Shown: positions 18,505-26,972 of the stretch, in pieces
Layout: each line of letters starts with the position of its first letter
How positions within the stretch are numbered: position 1 is the stretch's first letter
Source of the DNA: a virus
IMG/VR virus record: IMGVR_UViG_3300044712_002465
Coordinates: 2,502-66,501 of that record
Direction: 5' to 3' (one strand)
DNA: 64,000 nucleotides
Translations under genes and position numbers: made by a program
The notes under the pieces: generated by a model
Databases searched by the model: none
What the model was told of the DNA's origin: nothing
What the model saw: only the letters and a program-made list of their open reading frames with translations

Positions 18505-19614
18505 CTACCGCCTCTCCTTCGGGAGCAGCTTCCGCGCTCCCTTCCTGGTGGTGATGGTGCGGGTGAACTCGACGATGTCCTTCGCCTGGACCTGGAAGCC
18601 GTGGCGCTGCGCGTAGAGCGCGAGCAGCCCCTCCCAGTCGGTGACCGCGGCGACGGAGTCCCGGTCCTTCTTCCACGTCACGGTGATGGCGCCGGAGACG
18701 ATCCCGGTGGCCTCACCGATCGCGGTCTGGACGTGGAGCTTCCACTTCTCCTCCTCGGCCAGCCACGCCTCGCGGCTCTTCTTCGACTCGAGCCACTTCG
18801 TGATCGCCTCGGCCTGCTCCTCGTTGGCGAGGACGAGCGTCTCGTTCTTCGGCTCGGGGAAGCGGAGCTTCAGCCAGGCGCGCGCGCGGTCGGAGGGCTC
18901 GATCGGCGGCAGCTCGTTGCCGACGATGTACCGCTCCCAGACCATCTCGGCCCGCTCCCGCAGCGTGGCGATGACCTTCGGGTTCGGTTCGACCGGGTAC
19001 CACCGCAGCTTCGAGAGGCCGAACTGAGCCACGAGGTCCCATGCGTCGTAGCGGTGGACGCCGAGGTAGTGCTGGACCTGGACGTAGTAGGCCTTCGGAA
19101 CTCGGATCGGCTGCCCGGGCTCGGACCACTGGTCCCGGCCCCACTCGACCGTCTTCACCTCGGCGCCCTTCTTCCGACCGACCACCAGGCCGTCGGGATG
19201 GGCGCCCAGGAACGGCTTGGCCGCGTCGCGGATGAAGGGGCCCTTCACGACCTCCTGCCCGGTGCGGCGCGCGTACTCCTGCAGGATCGGATCCTCGAAG
19301 AGGTTCCCGAACCGCATGCGCTCGGTCGCCTTGAACACCGGGATGAGCCCGCGCTTCTCGGCGACCACGTCCCAGAGGTTCCGGTAAGTGGAGAAGCCGC
19401 AGATCGCGGCGGCGTCGGTTCCGCCGATGGACGTGCGGCGCTCCTCGGCGAAGGCCTGCTCCTCGGGCGAGAGCTGCGCCTCGGCCTCGACCGGCTGCCC
19501 GCGCAAGCCTTCGGGCAGGGCGAGCAGCTCGAGCAGGTCGTCGTCGGAGAGTGCCTCGTTCGCGATGGCGGGCGCGCTGGTAGAGGTGATGGCGGTGGGT
19601 TCCATGGCGTTCAC
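18505..19614 (-). CDS. YqaJ-like (lambda-exonuclease family) recombination nuclease
   Basis: RRTSIGGTDAAAICG...GNLFE...GAHPDGL...AEVKT...YYVQVQHYLGV. Confidence 0.92.
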   Translation of the reverse strand: MNAMEPTAITSTSAPAIANEALSDDDLLELLALPEGLRGQPVEAEAQLSPEEQAFAEERRTSIGGTDAAAICGFSTYRNLWDVVAEKRGLIPVFKATERMRFGNLFEDPILQEYARRTGQEVVKGPFIRDAAKPFLGAHPDGLVVGRKKGAEVKTVEWGRDQWSEPGQPIRVPKAYYVQVQHYLGVHRYDAWDLVAQFGLSKLRWYPVEPNPKVIATLRERAEMVWERYIVGNELPPIEPSDRARAWLKLRFPEPKNETLVLANEEQAEAITKWLESKKSREAWLAEEEKWKLHVQTAIGEATGIVSGAITVTWKKDRDSVAAVTDWEGLLALYAQRHGFQVQAKDIVEFTRTITTRKGARKLLPKERR

Positions 19615-19947
19615 CTGGTGGCGAGGGAGAGACTGACGGCGGCGCCGGGCGGAAGGGATCGCGCCACCGCCCCACGAGCCGCCGGCTCATCCGGACGGTC
19701 GAGGCGAGAGGAAGCGACGTCGCGCGAGGCGCACGCGTCGCCGATGAGGGCGCCCGGGAGGAGCGGCTCGGCGCCGCACTCGGGGCAGAGGAGGGGGCTT
19801 CCCACCCCCGTGGCCGGTGCGCCGCCCGCCGGCTCGGACGTCGTCCCCGCCCGCGGGGAGGTGGCGCGGGCGAGGCGCGGCGTTGCACAGCACCTGATGC
19901 AGGGACCGTCGGCGAGGCGCTCGGCGCCCGCGCAGAGGGGGCACGGG

Positions 19948-20280
19948 TTAGACATCGAGGCTCGCCTCCTCCCGCGTGTCGGGCCGTCCGTCCTCTCCGT
20001 CGTCGCTGGCGAGGTCGGAGGCGCGCTCGATCGCGTCGTCGATGAGCCGCTCGTCGTCCGCGGCCACCTCGACGAGCTCGGGGCGGTCGACGCCGCCCGG
20101 GCGGTCCTCGACGACCTCGAGCACCTCGACCGTGGCGTCCTCGTCGCCCGGGACCCAGCGCGACTCCGGGGTGAGCTGGGCGGGGCGCGGCGTGCCGAGC
20201 ATCACGGTGCACTCGACCTTGAAGGCCTCTTCCGTCTCCGGGTGCTCCCAGCCCATCCGGACGGTGAAGGTGGCGGACAT
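19948..20280 (-). CDS. Acidic hypothetical protein
   Basis: 110 aa with good codon bias in early operon. Confidence 0.55.
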   Translation of the reverse strand: MSATFTVRMGWEHPETEEAFKVECTVMLGTPRPAQLTPESRWVPGDEDATVEVLEVVEDRPGGVDRPELVEVAADDERLIDDAIERASDLASDDGEDGRPDTREEASLDV

Positions 20281-20283
20281 GGG

Positions 20284-20535
20284 CTACGTCCCCTCCGCGA
20301 ACACCGCGGCGAGCTGCGCGTCGATGTCGGCGACGACGTCGCCCTCGCGCTCGACGCGGCAGACCTCGAACCGCGGCAGGTAGTGGTGCTCCCGGCCCTC
20401 GACCGTCACGTCCACGCCCCTCGGGAAGGGGAAGACGCGGACGGCGGTGATGCGCCCGAGGATGCCGGCGAGCCCGGTCTCGAGGATGACGTCGCCGGGA
20501 GCGAGCTCGGACGCCTGGACGGTCGTCTCACGCAT
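20284..20535 (-). CDS. Small SH3-like hypothetical protein
   Basis: VQASELAPGDVI motif; GGAGG RBS. Confidence 0.55.
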   Translation of the reverse strand: MRETTVQASELAPGDVILETGLAGILGRITAVRVFPFPRGVDVTVEGREHHYLPRFEVCRVEREGDVVADIDAQLAAVFAEGT

Positions 20536-20968
20536 GGCAGGCCTCCCCGCGGGCGGCCGCGAGCGCCTTCTGCGCGCGCGCGATGCGGTCCACCGCCTCC
20601 TCGGTCCCGAAGGTCCCCGGGGCGGTCGCCACCTCGACCAGGTCGGCCAGCGCCGTGTACAGGCGCGGCGAGGAGGTCATCAGGTGCGCGGTGGCGAGCG
20701 CCTCGTCGCGGCCCGCCTCGATCTCCCGCGCCTCCTGCTCCTCGGCGTATCCGGGCTCGCCGCGGCGGGCGTTCGCCTTCGCCTTCGTCTCGAGGTACTC
20801 GAGCCGGCCCTGGGCGACGCGGTTGACGACCGCGATCGACCTGCCGCCGGCGATGATCTCGAACCCGACCTGCCCGTACGGTGCCGGCTCGCTGTACGGC
20901 GCCGGCGCCCACTTCGTCTCGACCTGCGTCCCCGTGCTCGCCATCGCGACCCCCGTCGCGGCGTCCAT
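20528..20968 (-). CDS. First gene of leftward early operon, hypothetical
   Basis: ATG shortly after left operator pair; AHLMTSSPRLYTAL resembles the phage ANARLIAAAPEL motif. Confidence 0.6.
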   Translation of the reverse strand: MDAATGVAMASTGTQVETKWAPAPYSEPAPYGQVGFEIIAGGRSIAVVNRVAQGRLEYLETKAKANARRGEPGYAEEQEAREIEAGRDEALATAHLMTSSPRLYTALADLVEVATAPGTFGTEEAVDRIARAQKALAAARGEACHA

Positions 20969-20977
20969 CGCCGATGC

Positions 20978-21018
20978 GTGGTGTCTATTCCACATTCAAT
21001 CGGTGGCGTCAACACCAC
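20978..21018 (-). promoter_or_regulatory. Left operator/promoter (OL/PL): two 16-bp GTGG-N8-CCAC operators
   Basis: Minus strand GTGGTGTTGACGCCAC-N9-GTGGAATAGACACCAC, containing -35 TTGACG; inverted copy of 21835-21875. Confidence 0.85.
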
Positions 21019-21063
21019 GCACAAGGGGTCGCGATAACCCCACGGCTTCATTGGGAGACGAGA

Positions 21064-21261
21064 TCAGCGACGGCGGTCGTGCCGGCGACGGTCCGACCGG
21101 AGCTGCCGGAGCTCGGGCGCCAGGTCGTCGATCGTGTCGAGCAGGTACTCGGCCCCGTAGTGCGGGTGGTGACCGCGGGCAGCGAGCAGAGCGAGGCGCG
21201 CGGCGTGCTCGAGGCGCTCAGCGCAATGGGCAACCCGCTCCCTCAGCTTCGTTGTCTTCAT
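21064..21261 (-). CDS. Small hypothetical protein in immunity region
   Basis: MKTTKLRERV..., GGGGG purine tract upstream, AT-richer leader. Confidence 0.4.
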   Translation of the reverse strand: MKTTKLRERVAHCAERLEHAARLALLAARGHHPHYGAEYLLDTIDDLAPELRQLRSDRRRHDRRR

Positions 21262-21470
21262 CGGTATGTTTCCCCCGATGATCACTATTAGCAAACACCT
21301 TGCCGACAGTGAGCAACGCACTTCACGCGCGGTATGGGCTGCATTGAGGCGCGGTCCTAGCCGACGTGTGGCTGATCCGACACGGTCGTGGCGTGGACGC
21401 TACAGCCGATCTGCGGCCCGTGGCCGTGTGTCGCGGCCACGATATCGGGCGTGCGCGGCCGGTCGGCCGA

Positions 21471-21782
21471 TCAGCGCTTGTGGGAGCTCGCGAGCTTCTT
21501 GAACGCCTGATAGCGCTCGGCCTCGTCCCAAGAGACCCACGGCCACGGCTCCGGCGCGCGCGCCTCGTGCGCCATCGCTCCGAAGTGCTCCACCACGAAC
21601 CGCTCGTTCCGGTACTCGGTCAGCCGGTGGGAAAACGACCCGTGGTCCAGCTCGCAGACCTGCTCGAACCGCTTCCGCATGTTCGGCGGCGTCGTGGGCG
21701 CCTGGAGGTACTCCTCGACGTTCCGGACGATGTCGCGATACCGGAACCGGAGCGGTCCAGATGGCAGCTTGCGGGGCTTCAT
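21471..21782 (-). CDS. Putative CI-position repressor (divergent HTH, no S24 peptidase)
   Basis: Lies between operator pairs, divergent from XRE gene; RKRFEQVCELDHGSFSHRLT fits an HTH pattern. Confidence 0.55.
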   Translation of the reverse strand: MKPRKLPSGPLRFRYRDIVRNVEEYLQAPTTPPNMRKRFEQVCELDHGSFSHRLTEYRNERFVVEHFGAMAHEARAPEPWPWVSWDEAERYQAFKKLASSHKR

Positions 21783-21834
21783 GGGGTCCGCCCGCGAGCA
21801 TAGCGATTCCGAGCGGATAGGCCGCGGCGAATAC

Positions 21835-21875
21835 GTGGTGTTGACACCACCGAAGCGAGGTGGAATACACACCAC
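21835..21875 (+). promoter_or_regulatory. Right operator/promoter (OR/PR): two 16-bp operators
   Basis: GTGGTGTTGACACCAC-N9-GTGGAATACACACCAC with perfect TTGACA at 21841; ATG 2 nt downstream. Confidence 0.85.
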
Positions 21876-21877
21876 TC

Positions 21878-22126
21878 ATGTCGCGAAAGCGCTCTGATCC
21901 CGCCAACGTCCTCGCAGACCCCGCCGACGTTCTCGCCCAGCGCACGCGTGAGCTTCGCGAGAAGAAGGGTCTCTCGCAGGAAGAGCTCGCCGCGAAAGCG
22001 GACCTCGACCGCGCTGATCTCTCTCGGATCGAGACCGCGAAGGCCCTCAACGTCGGAACCAAGAAGCTGAAGCGCCTCGCCACCGCCCTCGGCGTCGGCA
22101 TCTCGGATCTGCTGGCCGGCGCGTAG
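21878..22126 (+). CDS. XRE-family HTH regulator (Cro position)
   Basis: RELREKKGLSQEELAAKADLDRADLSRIE...LKRLATALGV. Confidence 0.92.
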   Translation: MSRKRSDPANVLADPADVLAQRTRELREKKGLSQEELAAKADLDRADLSRIETAKALNVGTKKLKRLATALGVGISDLLAGA

Positions 22127-22222
22127 CGCGCCGAGGAGGGGAACGCCCATGCTCTTCATGCGCTTGAGCTTGGCCGCAGCCTCACAGCGAACGACAGCGA
22201 ACGCGGTTCGCGGAGGACTGCC

Positions 22223-22696
22223 GTGATGCCGCGCCCCGAGCAGGAGAGGTGGGATTTCGAGACGGTCCCCACGCACCAGTCCTACAGCCGGGAGTACTGG
22301 GTGAAGGCTGGGCGAGCACTGCACCGCCTCGTGCGCGAGGTGGCGCAGACCTCTCCGGGGAAGCAGGGGGCGGGCCTCGCCGAGGATGTGGCGGCGAACG
22401 CGACCCAGTTCTCGGAGGCGCTGAAGCCCAACGGCGTGAAGCGCTTCGCGGTCGAGTGGCTGCCGCGGATGATCCACGCCGACCCGGACAACCGCATCTT
22501 GAAGTTCCTCTGCGCGCTGCGCGGCGAGGAGCCGAAGCCGAAGCCCCTGAAGAACCCGCGCGAGGTGCTCCGCCGCGTCGTCGAGCGCCTCGAGTCGAAG
22601 GGCGCGATGGGGCACGAGCTGCTGCGCGAGGAGTTCGGCGCCGATGCCGACGAGATCGTTCGGAGCGCGCAGGCAGCGACGGAGGACGACGCGTGA
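22223..22696 (+). CDS. Hypothetical protein (CII position)
   Basis: GGAGG RBS, 157 aa, lies after Cro-like gene. Confidence 0.6.
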   Translation: MMPRPEQERWDFETVPTHQSYSREYWVKAGRALHRLVREVAQTSPGKQGAGLAEDVAANATQFSEALKPNGVKRFAVEWLPRMIHADPDNRILKFLCALRGEEPKPKPLKNPREVLRRVVERLESKGAMGHELLREEFGADADEIVRSAQAATEDDA

Positions 22697-22790
22697 AGCG
22701 CGCGCTGGAGCTCGTCGTTGCAGTGGCCTGCCTCCTGGTCGTGGTCGTGCTGTCGCCGGCTTCTGCGAGAGCAGCGAGGGAGGACGAGCC

Positions 22791-23279
22791 TTGACCCGCG
22801 AGCAGGACGCGAAGCTGTCGGCGTCGCCGAAGCGCGAGCACGCACGTCGCCGCGGCCACGATGGTGACGAGGCCGCCGCTCCGCAACAGGCGAGCGAGCG
22901 GCGCCGTGGGGGCGCGCCGCGTGGGTCTGCGACTTCGCGCCTGGCTTCTCCTCGGGAGGACGCCATGCGCCAGGCCGGGGAAAGCCCGGCCACCCTTCCG
23001 CGCGCCGGCGCCGGAGACGGTGCGCCCGCGCCCGCGCCCGCGACCGCCTCTTCCGCTCTCCCGAGCGACCGGCGTGGCGCGAATCCTCTCCCCACCGAGG
23101 GCGTCGCGTACCTGGTCGAGGTCGGGGTCACGGACGCGATCTCCGCGAAGTGGAAGCTAAAGGGCGGCGACACGAGCCGGGCGGCGGTGCTGCTCCGCCG
23201 CGCCCAGGCCGCGCTCTGCCGTGCCGAGGTGAGGGTGCTCGATCTCGCGCGCGAGGCTCGGGCGAGGGGAGGGCGGTGA
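22791..23279 (+). CDS. Hypothetical protein
   Basis: TTG start with GGAGG RBS; ends 1 nt before the initiator. Confidence 0.4.
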   Translation: MTREQDAKLSASPKREHARRRGHDGDEAAAPQQASERRRGGAPRGSATSRLASPREDAMRQAGESPATLPRAGAGDGAPAPAPATASSALPSDRRGANPLPTEGVAYLVEVGVTDAISAKWKLKGGDTSRAAVLLRRAQAALCRAEVRVLDLAREARARGGR

Positions 23280-23280
23280 C

Positions 23281-24342
23281 GTGCGCGACTACGGGATCAT
23301 CACGCCGCAGTTCTGGACGGGGACCACCGGCCGCCAGATCCGCGAGCTCGGCAGCGACGCGCGCGTGGTGGCCGCCTACCTCCTCACGAGCCCCCACGCG
23401 AACATGCTGGGGCTCTACCACCTCCCGCTGGCGTACCTCGTGACCGAGACGGGCGTCTCGAGCGAAGGGGCTTTGAAGGCCCTCGCCGGCCTGAGCGATC
23501 TCGGGTTCGCCGAGTACGACGAGGGAGAGGAGACCGTTTGGGTGCCTGAGATGGCACGGTTCCAGATCGCGGACGAGCTCCAGCCCAAGGACCACCGGTG
23601 CAAGGGCGTCCTGAAGAAGCTCGCAACCTTCAGAAAGTCGCGTTTCTACGCGCCCTTCCTCGACAGATACCGGGTGGCCTTCCACCTCGACGGGGCGCCT
23701 CCTCCGGAGCCTCAGGCACAAGGGGCATCGAAGGGCCTTCCAAGGCCCTCACAAGCCCCTATGAAGCCAGGATCAGATCAGGATCAGGATCAGAGCAGGA
23801 GCATGGGGGCTTCGGCTCCTGCTGAAGGGGCTTCATCTCGACCGGCTCAGCGGGACCGCATCCCGGCCCCGACGCCCATCCGCTCCTCCCCCACCGACGT
23901 GCTCGCCGCCTTCCGCGAGGGCCTCGCAGACCGGCTCGCGATCACCTCCATGAACCCCCTTCCGCTCGCCCGGGCCGAGCGCGCGCGCGGGATGCGGAAG
24001 GACATCGAGCGGCTCGGCCTCGAGCACGCCGTCGAGCTCTGCGCCGAGAAGGTGACCGCGTCGGGCAAGGCGCCTCCGCGCTTCGCGGACTACTTCGTCG
24101 AGTTCCTCGCCGAGCAGGAGGCGCCGATCGATCGCGGGGCTGGAGAGAACCCGAAGCCGGGCGATCCGGACTTCAACGACCCGTCCGCCTGGCGCGACTA
24201 CGGCGAGTACCTGAACCGCACCGACGGGAAGACCTGGGAGGAGGCGACCGGCCTGAAACGCCCGCCGCCGTACGTCCCGCCGAAGACGCCCGAGGAGGAG
24301 GAGGCCGCGCGCCGCGCCGCCGCCGGAGGATCCAAGGCGTGA
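23281..24342 (+). CDS. Phage replication initiator
   Basis: MRDYGIITPQFWTG...YLLTSPHANMLGLYHLP N-terminus; DQDQDQ linker; directly upstream of DnaB. Confidence 0.85.
   Translation: MRDYGIITPQFWTGTTGRQIRELGSDARVVAAYLLTSPHANMLGLYHLPLAYLVTETGVSSEGALKALAGLSDLGFAEYDEGEETVWVPEMARFQIADELQPKDHRCKGVLKKLATFRKSRFYAPFLDRYRVAFHLDGAPPPEPQAQGASKGLPRPSQAPMKPGSDQDQDQSRSMGASAPAEGASSRPAQRDRIPAPTPIRSSPTDVLAAFREGLADRLAITSMNPLPLARAERARGMRKDIERLGLEHAVELCAEKVTASGKAPPRFADYFVEFLAEQEAPIDRGAGENPKPGDPDFNDPSAWRDYGEYLNRTDGKTWEEATGLKRPPPYVPPKTPEEEEAARRAAAGGSKA
23700..23840 (+). repeat. Putative replication origin iterons inside initiator gene
   Basis: Clustered AAGGGGC/AAGGGCC/AAGGCCC/AAGCCCC units (also at 23463-23482) and GGATCA repeats in an AT-richer stretch. 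Confidence 0.6.
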
Positions 24343-25799
24343 AGCTCAACGGCACCGACGTCACCGCGTTCCAGCTCGAGATGAGCCTCGTCGGCGCGAT
24401 CCTCGCGCGCGGCGACGCGATCTGGGATCTGCCGGCGGGCTTCACGTCCGGGATCCTCGACAACGCCGAGCTCCGCCAGGCGCTGGTCGGGATCGAGCGG
24501 CTCGCCCGCGCGAAGAAGCTCCCCAGCGGACCGGTCGACCGGAACCTCGTCATCGCCGAGGGCGGCCTCTCGGACGGCGCCCGCGCGCTGCTCCAGAGCG
24601 CCGAGTGGGCCGGCGAGGACGTCGCGCTCCACGGATCCGGCGTGAAGGACTACGCGACCGCGCTCCTCGACCGCCACCGCCGCGCGAAGACCCGCGTCGC
24701 GCTGGTCTCCGCCCTCGAGCAGCTCGACGCCGGCGCCGCCACCGACACCGTCGTCGGAGGTCTGACGACCCAGCTCATCGACGTCGAGCACCACGACAAG
24801 CCGGAGGTGATCTCGTACCGCGAAGCGGCGTGGGAGACGCTCGACACCGTCGGCGGCGTGAAGGAGGGCAGGGTCAAGCGGCTCCGAACCTGCTTCCCGG
24901 AGATCGACCGGATCCTGCGCATCCGCCCCGGCAACCTGATCATCGTCGGCGCACGCTCAAAGGTCGGCAAGACCACGTTCGCGCGCCAGGTCGCCGACGC
25001 CGTCGCGATGCAGCGGAAGCACGTTCTCTTCCACTCGCTCGAGATGTCCGTCGCCGAGGTCGTCGTCCTCGACGTCTCGCGTGAGCTCTCGATCGACTCG
25101 ACCGAGTTCTTCGAGGACGGGCACAACTTCTCGGGCGAGCAGTGGAACGCGATCCAGGGCGCGCTGGACCGCCGCGTCCCCGATGGCACGAGCGGGTTCC
25201 TCCACGCGAACCACTACCACCACTCGCTCGGCGCGATCCTGCGCATCTCCGAGCGGATGCATCGAAAGCACGGGCTCGCCCTGGTCGTGGTGGACTACCT
25301 GCAGCTCGTGCAGCTCGAGCTCGGGCGCCACGCGACGCGCGAGCAGGTCGTCGCCACGATCTCGCGGGCGCTGAAGGCCTTCGCCCAGCGGACGGGCGTT
25401 CCCGTTCTGGCGCTCGCGCAGCTCAACCGCGATGCCGCGAAGCGAGGCGAGAAGCCGTGGCGCCCTCCGCGTCGCAAGAAGGCGAAGGGCCCGAAGCAGG
25501 ACCCGATGGCCCTGCCGGGGGTCGAGCCTCCGCCCGCGCCGCCAGAGGAGCCCGAGACCCCGCCCGAGGACGAGCCCTCGCCGCCGCCTCAGCTCCACGA
25601 TCTGCGCGAGTCGGGCGCCCTCGAGCAGGACGCGAACGCGGTCTGCTTCATCCACCACCCGTACGACCTCGCGATCAACCCCGAGAAGCGCGAGCACGGC
25701 CCTTTCAGCTTCATCGTCGCGGCGCAGCGCCTCGGGCCGAAGGGTACCGTGAAGCTCTGGGCGGACCGGAAGTACTCCCGGTTCCAGGAGGTGGACTGA
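24339..25799 (+). CDS. dnaB: Replicative DNA helicase (DnaB family)
   Basis: GARSKVGKT, FHSLEM, VVVDYLQLV, LAQLNR, DLRESGALEQDA. Confidence 0.95.
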   Translation: MKLNGTDVTAFQLEMSLVGAILARGDAIWDLPAGFTSGILDNAELRQALVGIERLARAKKLPSGPVDRNLVIAEGGLSDGARALLQSAEWAGEDVALHGSGVKDYATALLDRHRRAKTRVALVSALEQLDAGAATDTVVGGLTTQLIDVEHHDKPEVISYREAAWETLDTVGGVKEGRVKRLRTCFPEIDRILRIRPGNLIIVGARSKVGKTTFARQVADAVAMQRKHVLFHSLEMSVAEVVVLDVSRELSIDSTEFFEDGHNFSGEQWNAIQGALDRRVPDGTSGFLHANHYHHSLGAILRISERMHRKHGLALVVVDYLQLVQLELGRHATREQVVATISRALKAFAQRTGVPVLALAQLNRDAAKRGEKPWRPPRRKKAKGPKQDPMALPGVEPPPAPPEEPETPPEDEPSPPPQLHDLRESGALEQDANAVCFIHHPYDLAINPEKREHGPFSFIVAAQRLGPKGTVKLWADRKYSRFQEVD

Positions 25800-25800
25800 G

Positions 25801-25995
25801 ATGGCGCTCCCCATCGGCGAGGTCCTGGCGCTGCTCTTCCTGGCGGGGCTGGCGGCCGCGGCGCTCGTGGTCGCGTTCCGCGCGACGCGCTCCGCCGGCG
25901 CGCCTCGGGACCTCCGGATCGAGCCCGCGGATGGGCGCGAGCTGACGAACGTGGACGCGCGCAGGCTGCGGCGCGCGCTCGGGAGGCTCGGGTGA
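25801..25995 (+). CDS. Small membrane protein
   Basis: One TM; GGAGG RBS. Confidence 0.45.
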   Translation: MALPIGEVLALLFLAGLAAAALVVAFRATRSAGAPRDLRIEPADGRELTNVDARRLRRALGRLG

Positions 25996-26216
25996 ACGCC
26001 GCGTGGCAGGGGAAGTACTTCGCGCACCGGGCGGCCCGTGGCCTGCCTCCTGGGAACCTGGTGCCGGTCCTCGTTCGGCTTCCGCCGGAGGTCATGGCGG
26101 AGCTGCGCGATCTCGTTCATCGCACGCGCGTCCGCCAATCCGACTACCTGCGCGAGGCCGTCGCCGACCTCGTGCGGAAGTACCGCCCCACCACTCCGCC
26201 CCCGGAGGCCACGTGA
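25992..26216 (+). CDS. Ribbon-helix-helix DNA-binding protein
   Basis: VLVRLPPEVMAELRDLVHRTRVRQSDYLREAVADLVRKY. Confidence 0.75.
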   Translation: MNAAWQGKYFAHRAARGLPPGNLVPVLVRLPPEVMAELRDLVHRTRVRQSDYLREAVADLVRKYRPTTPPPEAT

Positions 26217-26746
26217 TCGTCATCGGCATCGACCCCTCGCTGCGCAACACCGGCATCGCCGTCGTCGACGTCGCCGGCGACAGCGAGCGGATCATCGCGA
26301 CCTCCGTGCTCCAGACCAAGGCAAGGAAGGGAGTCCTCGTCGGCACCGACGACGCTCGGTGCGTCTGCGAGATCGCGGACGGGCTGAACGCGGCGATCGC
26401 CGCCCACGACCCCGTCGCGATCGTCGTCGAGGCGCCCGTCGGCGCGAAGGCGGCCCGCGCCGCGCGAGCCCTAGGCCTCGCCATCGCGACCGTCATCACC
26501 GCCACGCGGCTGCGCGGGCTGCCGCTCATCCAGGTCCAGCCCATCGACGTGAAGCTCGCCACCGTCGGCCGGAAGAAGGCCGACAAGGACGACGTCATCC
26601 TCGCGATCGAGCAGCGCTACCCCGACGTTCCGTGGCCCGACGACCAGGACGTCTGGGAGCACGTGGCCGACGCCATCGGCGCCGTGATCGCGGGGCTCCA
26701 GACCGAGACGATCCGGGCCGCCCGGAAGATGGCGAGCGCCGCATGA
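26213..26746 (+). CDS. ruvC: RuvC-like Holliday junction resolvase
   Basis: VIGIDPSLRNTGIAVV...IVVE...VKLATVGRKKADKDDV...HVADAIG. Confidence 0.9.
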   Translation: MIVIGIDPSLRNTGIAVVDVAGDSERIIATSVLQTKARKGVLVGTDDARCVCEIADGLNAAIAAHDPVAIVVEAPVGAKAARAARALGLAIATVITATRLRGLPLIQVQPIDVKLATVGRKKADKDDVILAIEQRYPDVPWPDDQDVWEHVADAIGAVIAGLQTETIRAARKMASAA

Positions 26747-26972
26747 ACACCCCCGTCGCGGTGCTCACCATCCTGCCCCAGCGTCCCGACGACGCCGGCG
26801 GCCACGCCGCGGTCGTTTCCCGCGAACTCGTCGAGCCCCTTCGCCAGGAGCTGCTCCGCCAGCTCGAGTTCGGACCTGCGGTGCTGCGCATCGAGCTGCA
26901 CCTCGTCCGCTCCGCCCCAGGGGGATCGGGCGGGGCTGGACGCGGCGGCCCGATCCGTGGTCGGTCGGAAGC

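Noticed and set aside
19611-19955. Cys-containing 114-aa ORF upstream of YqaJ
   Set aside because: Fits operon spacing, but low complexity and no recognisable family; left uncalled
16183-20826. Very long ORFs such as 16183-20826(+), 31456-36315(-), 38238-42125(-), 38408-42862(+), 56012-60421(+), 58884-62924(-)
   Set aside because: Arg/Gly/Pro-rich shadow frames of real genes, expected at this GC content; no motifs
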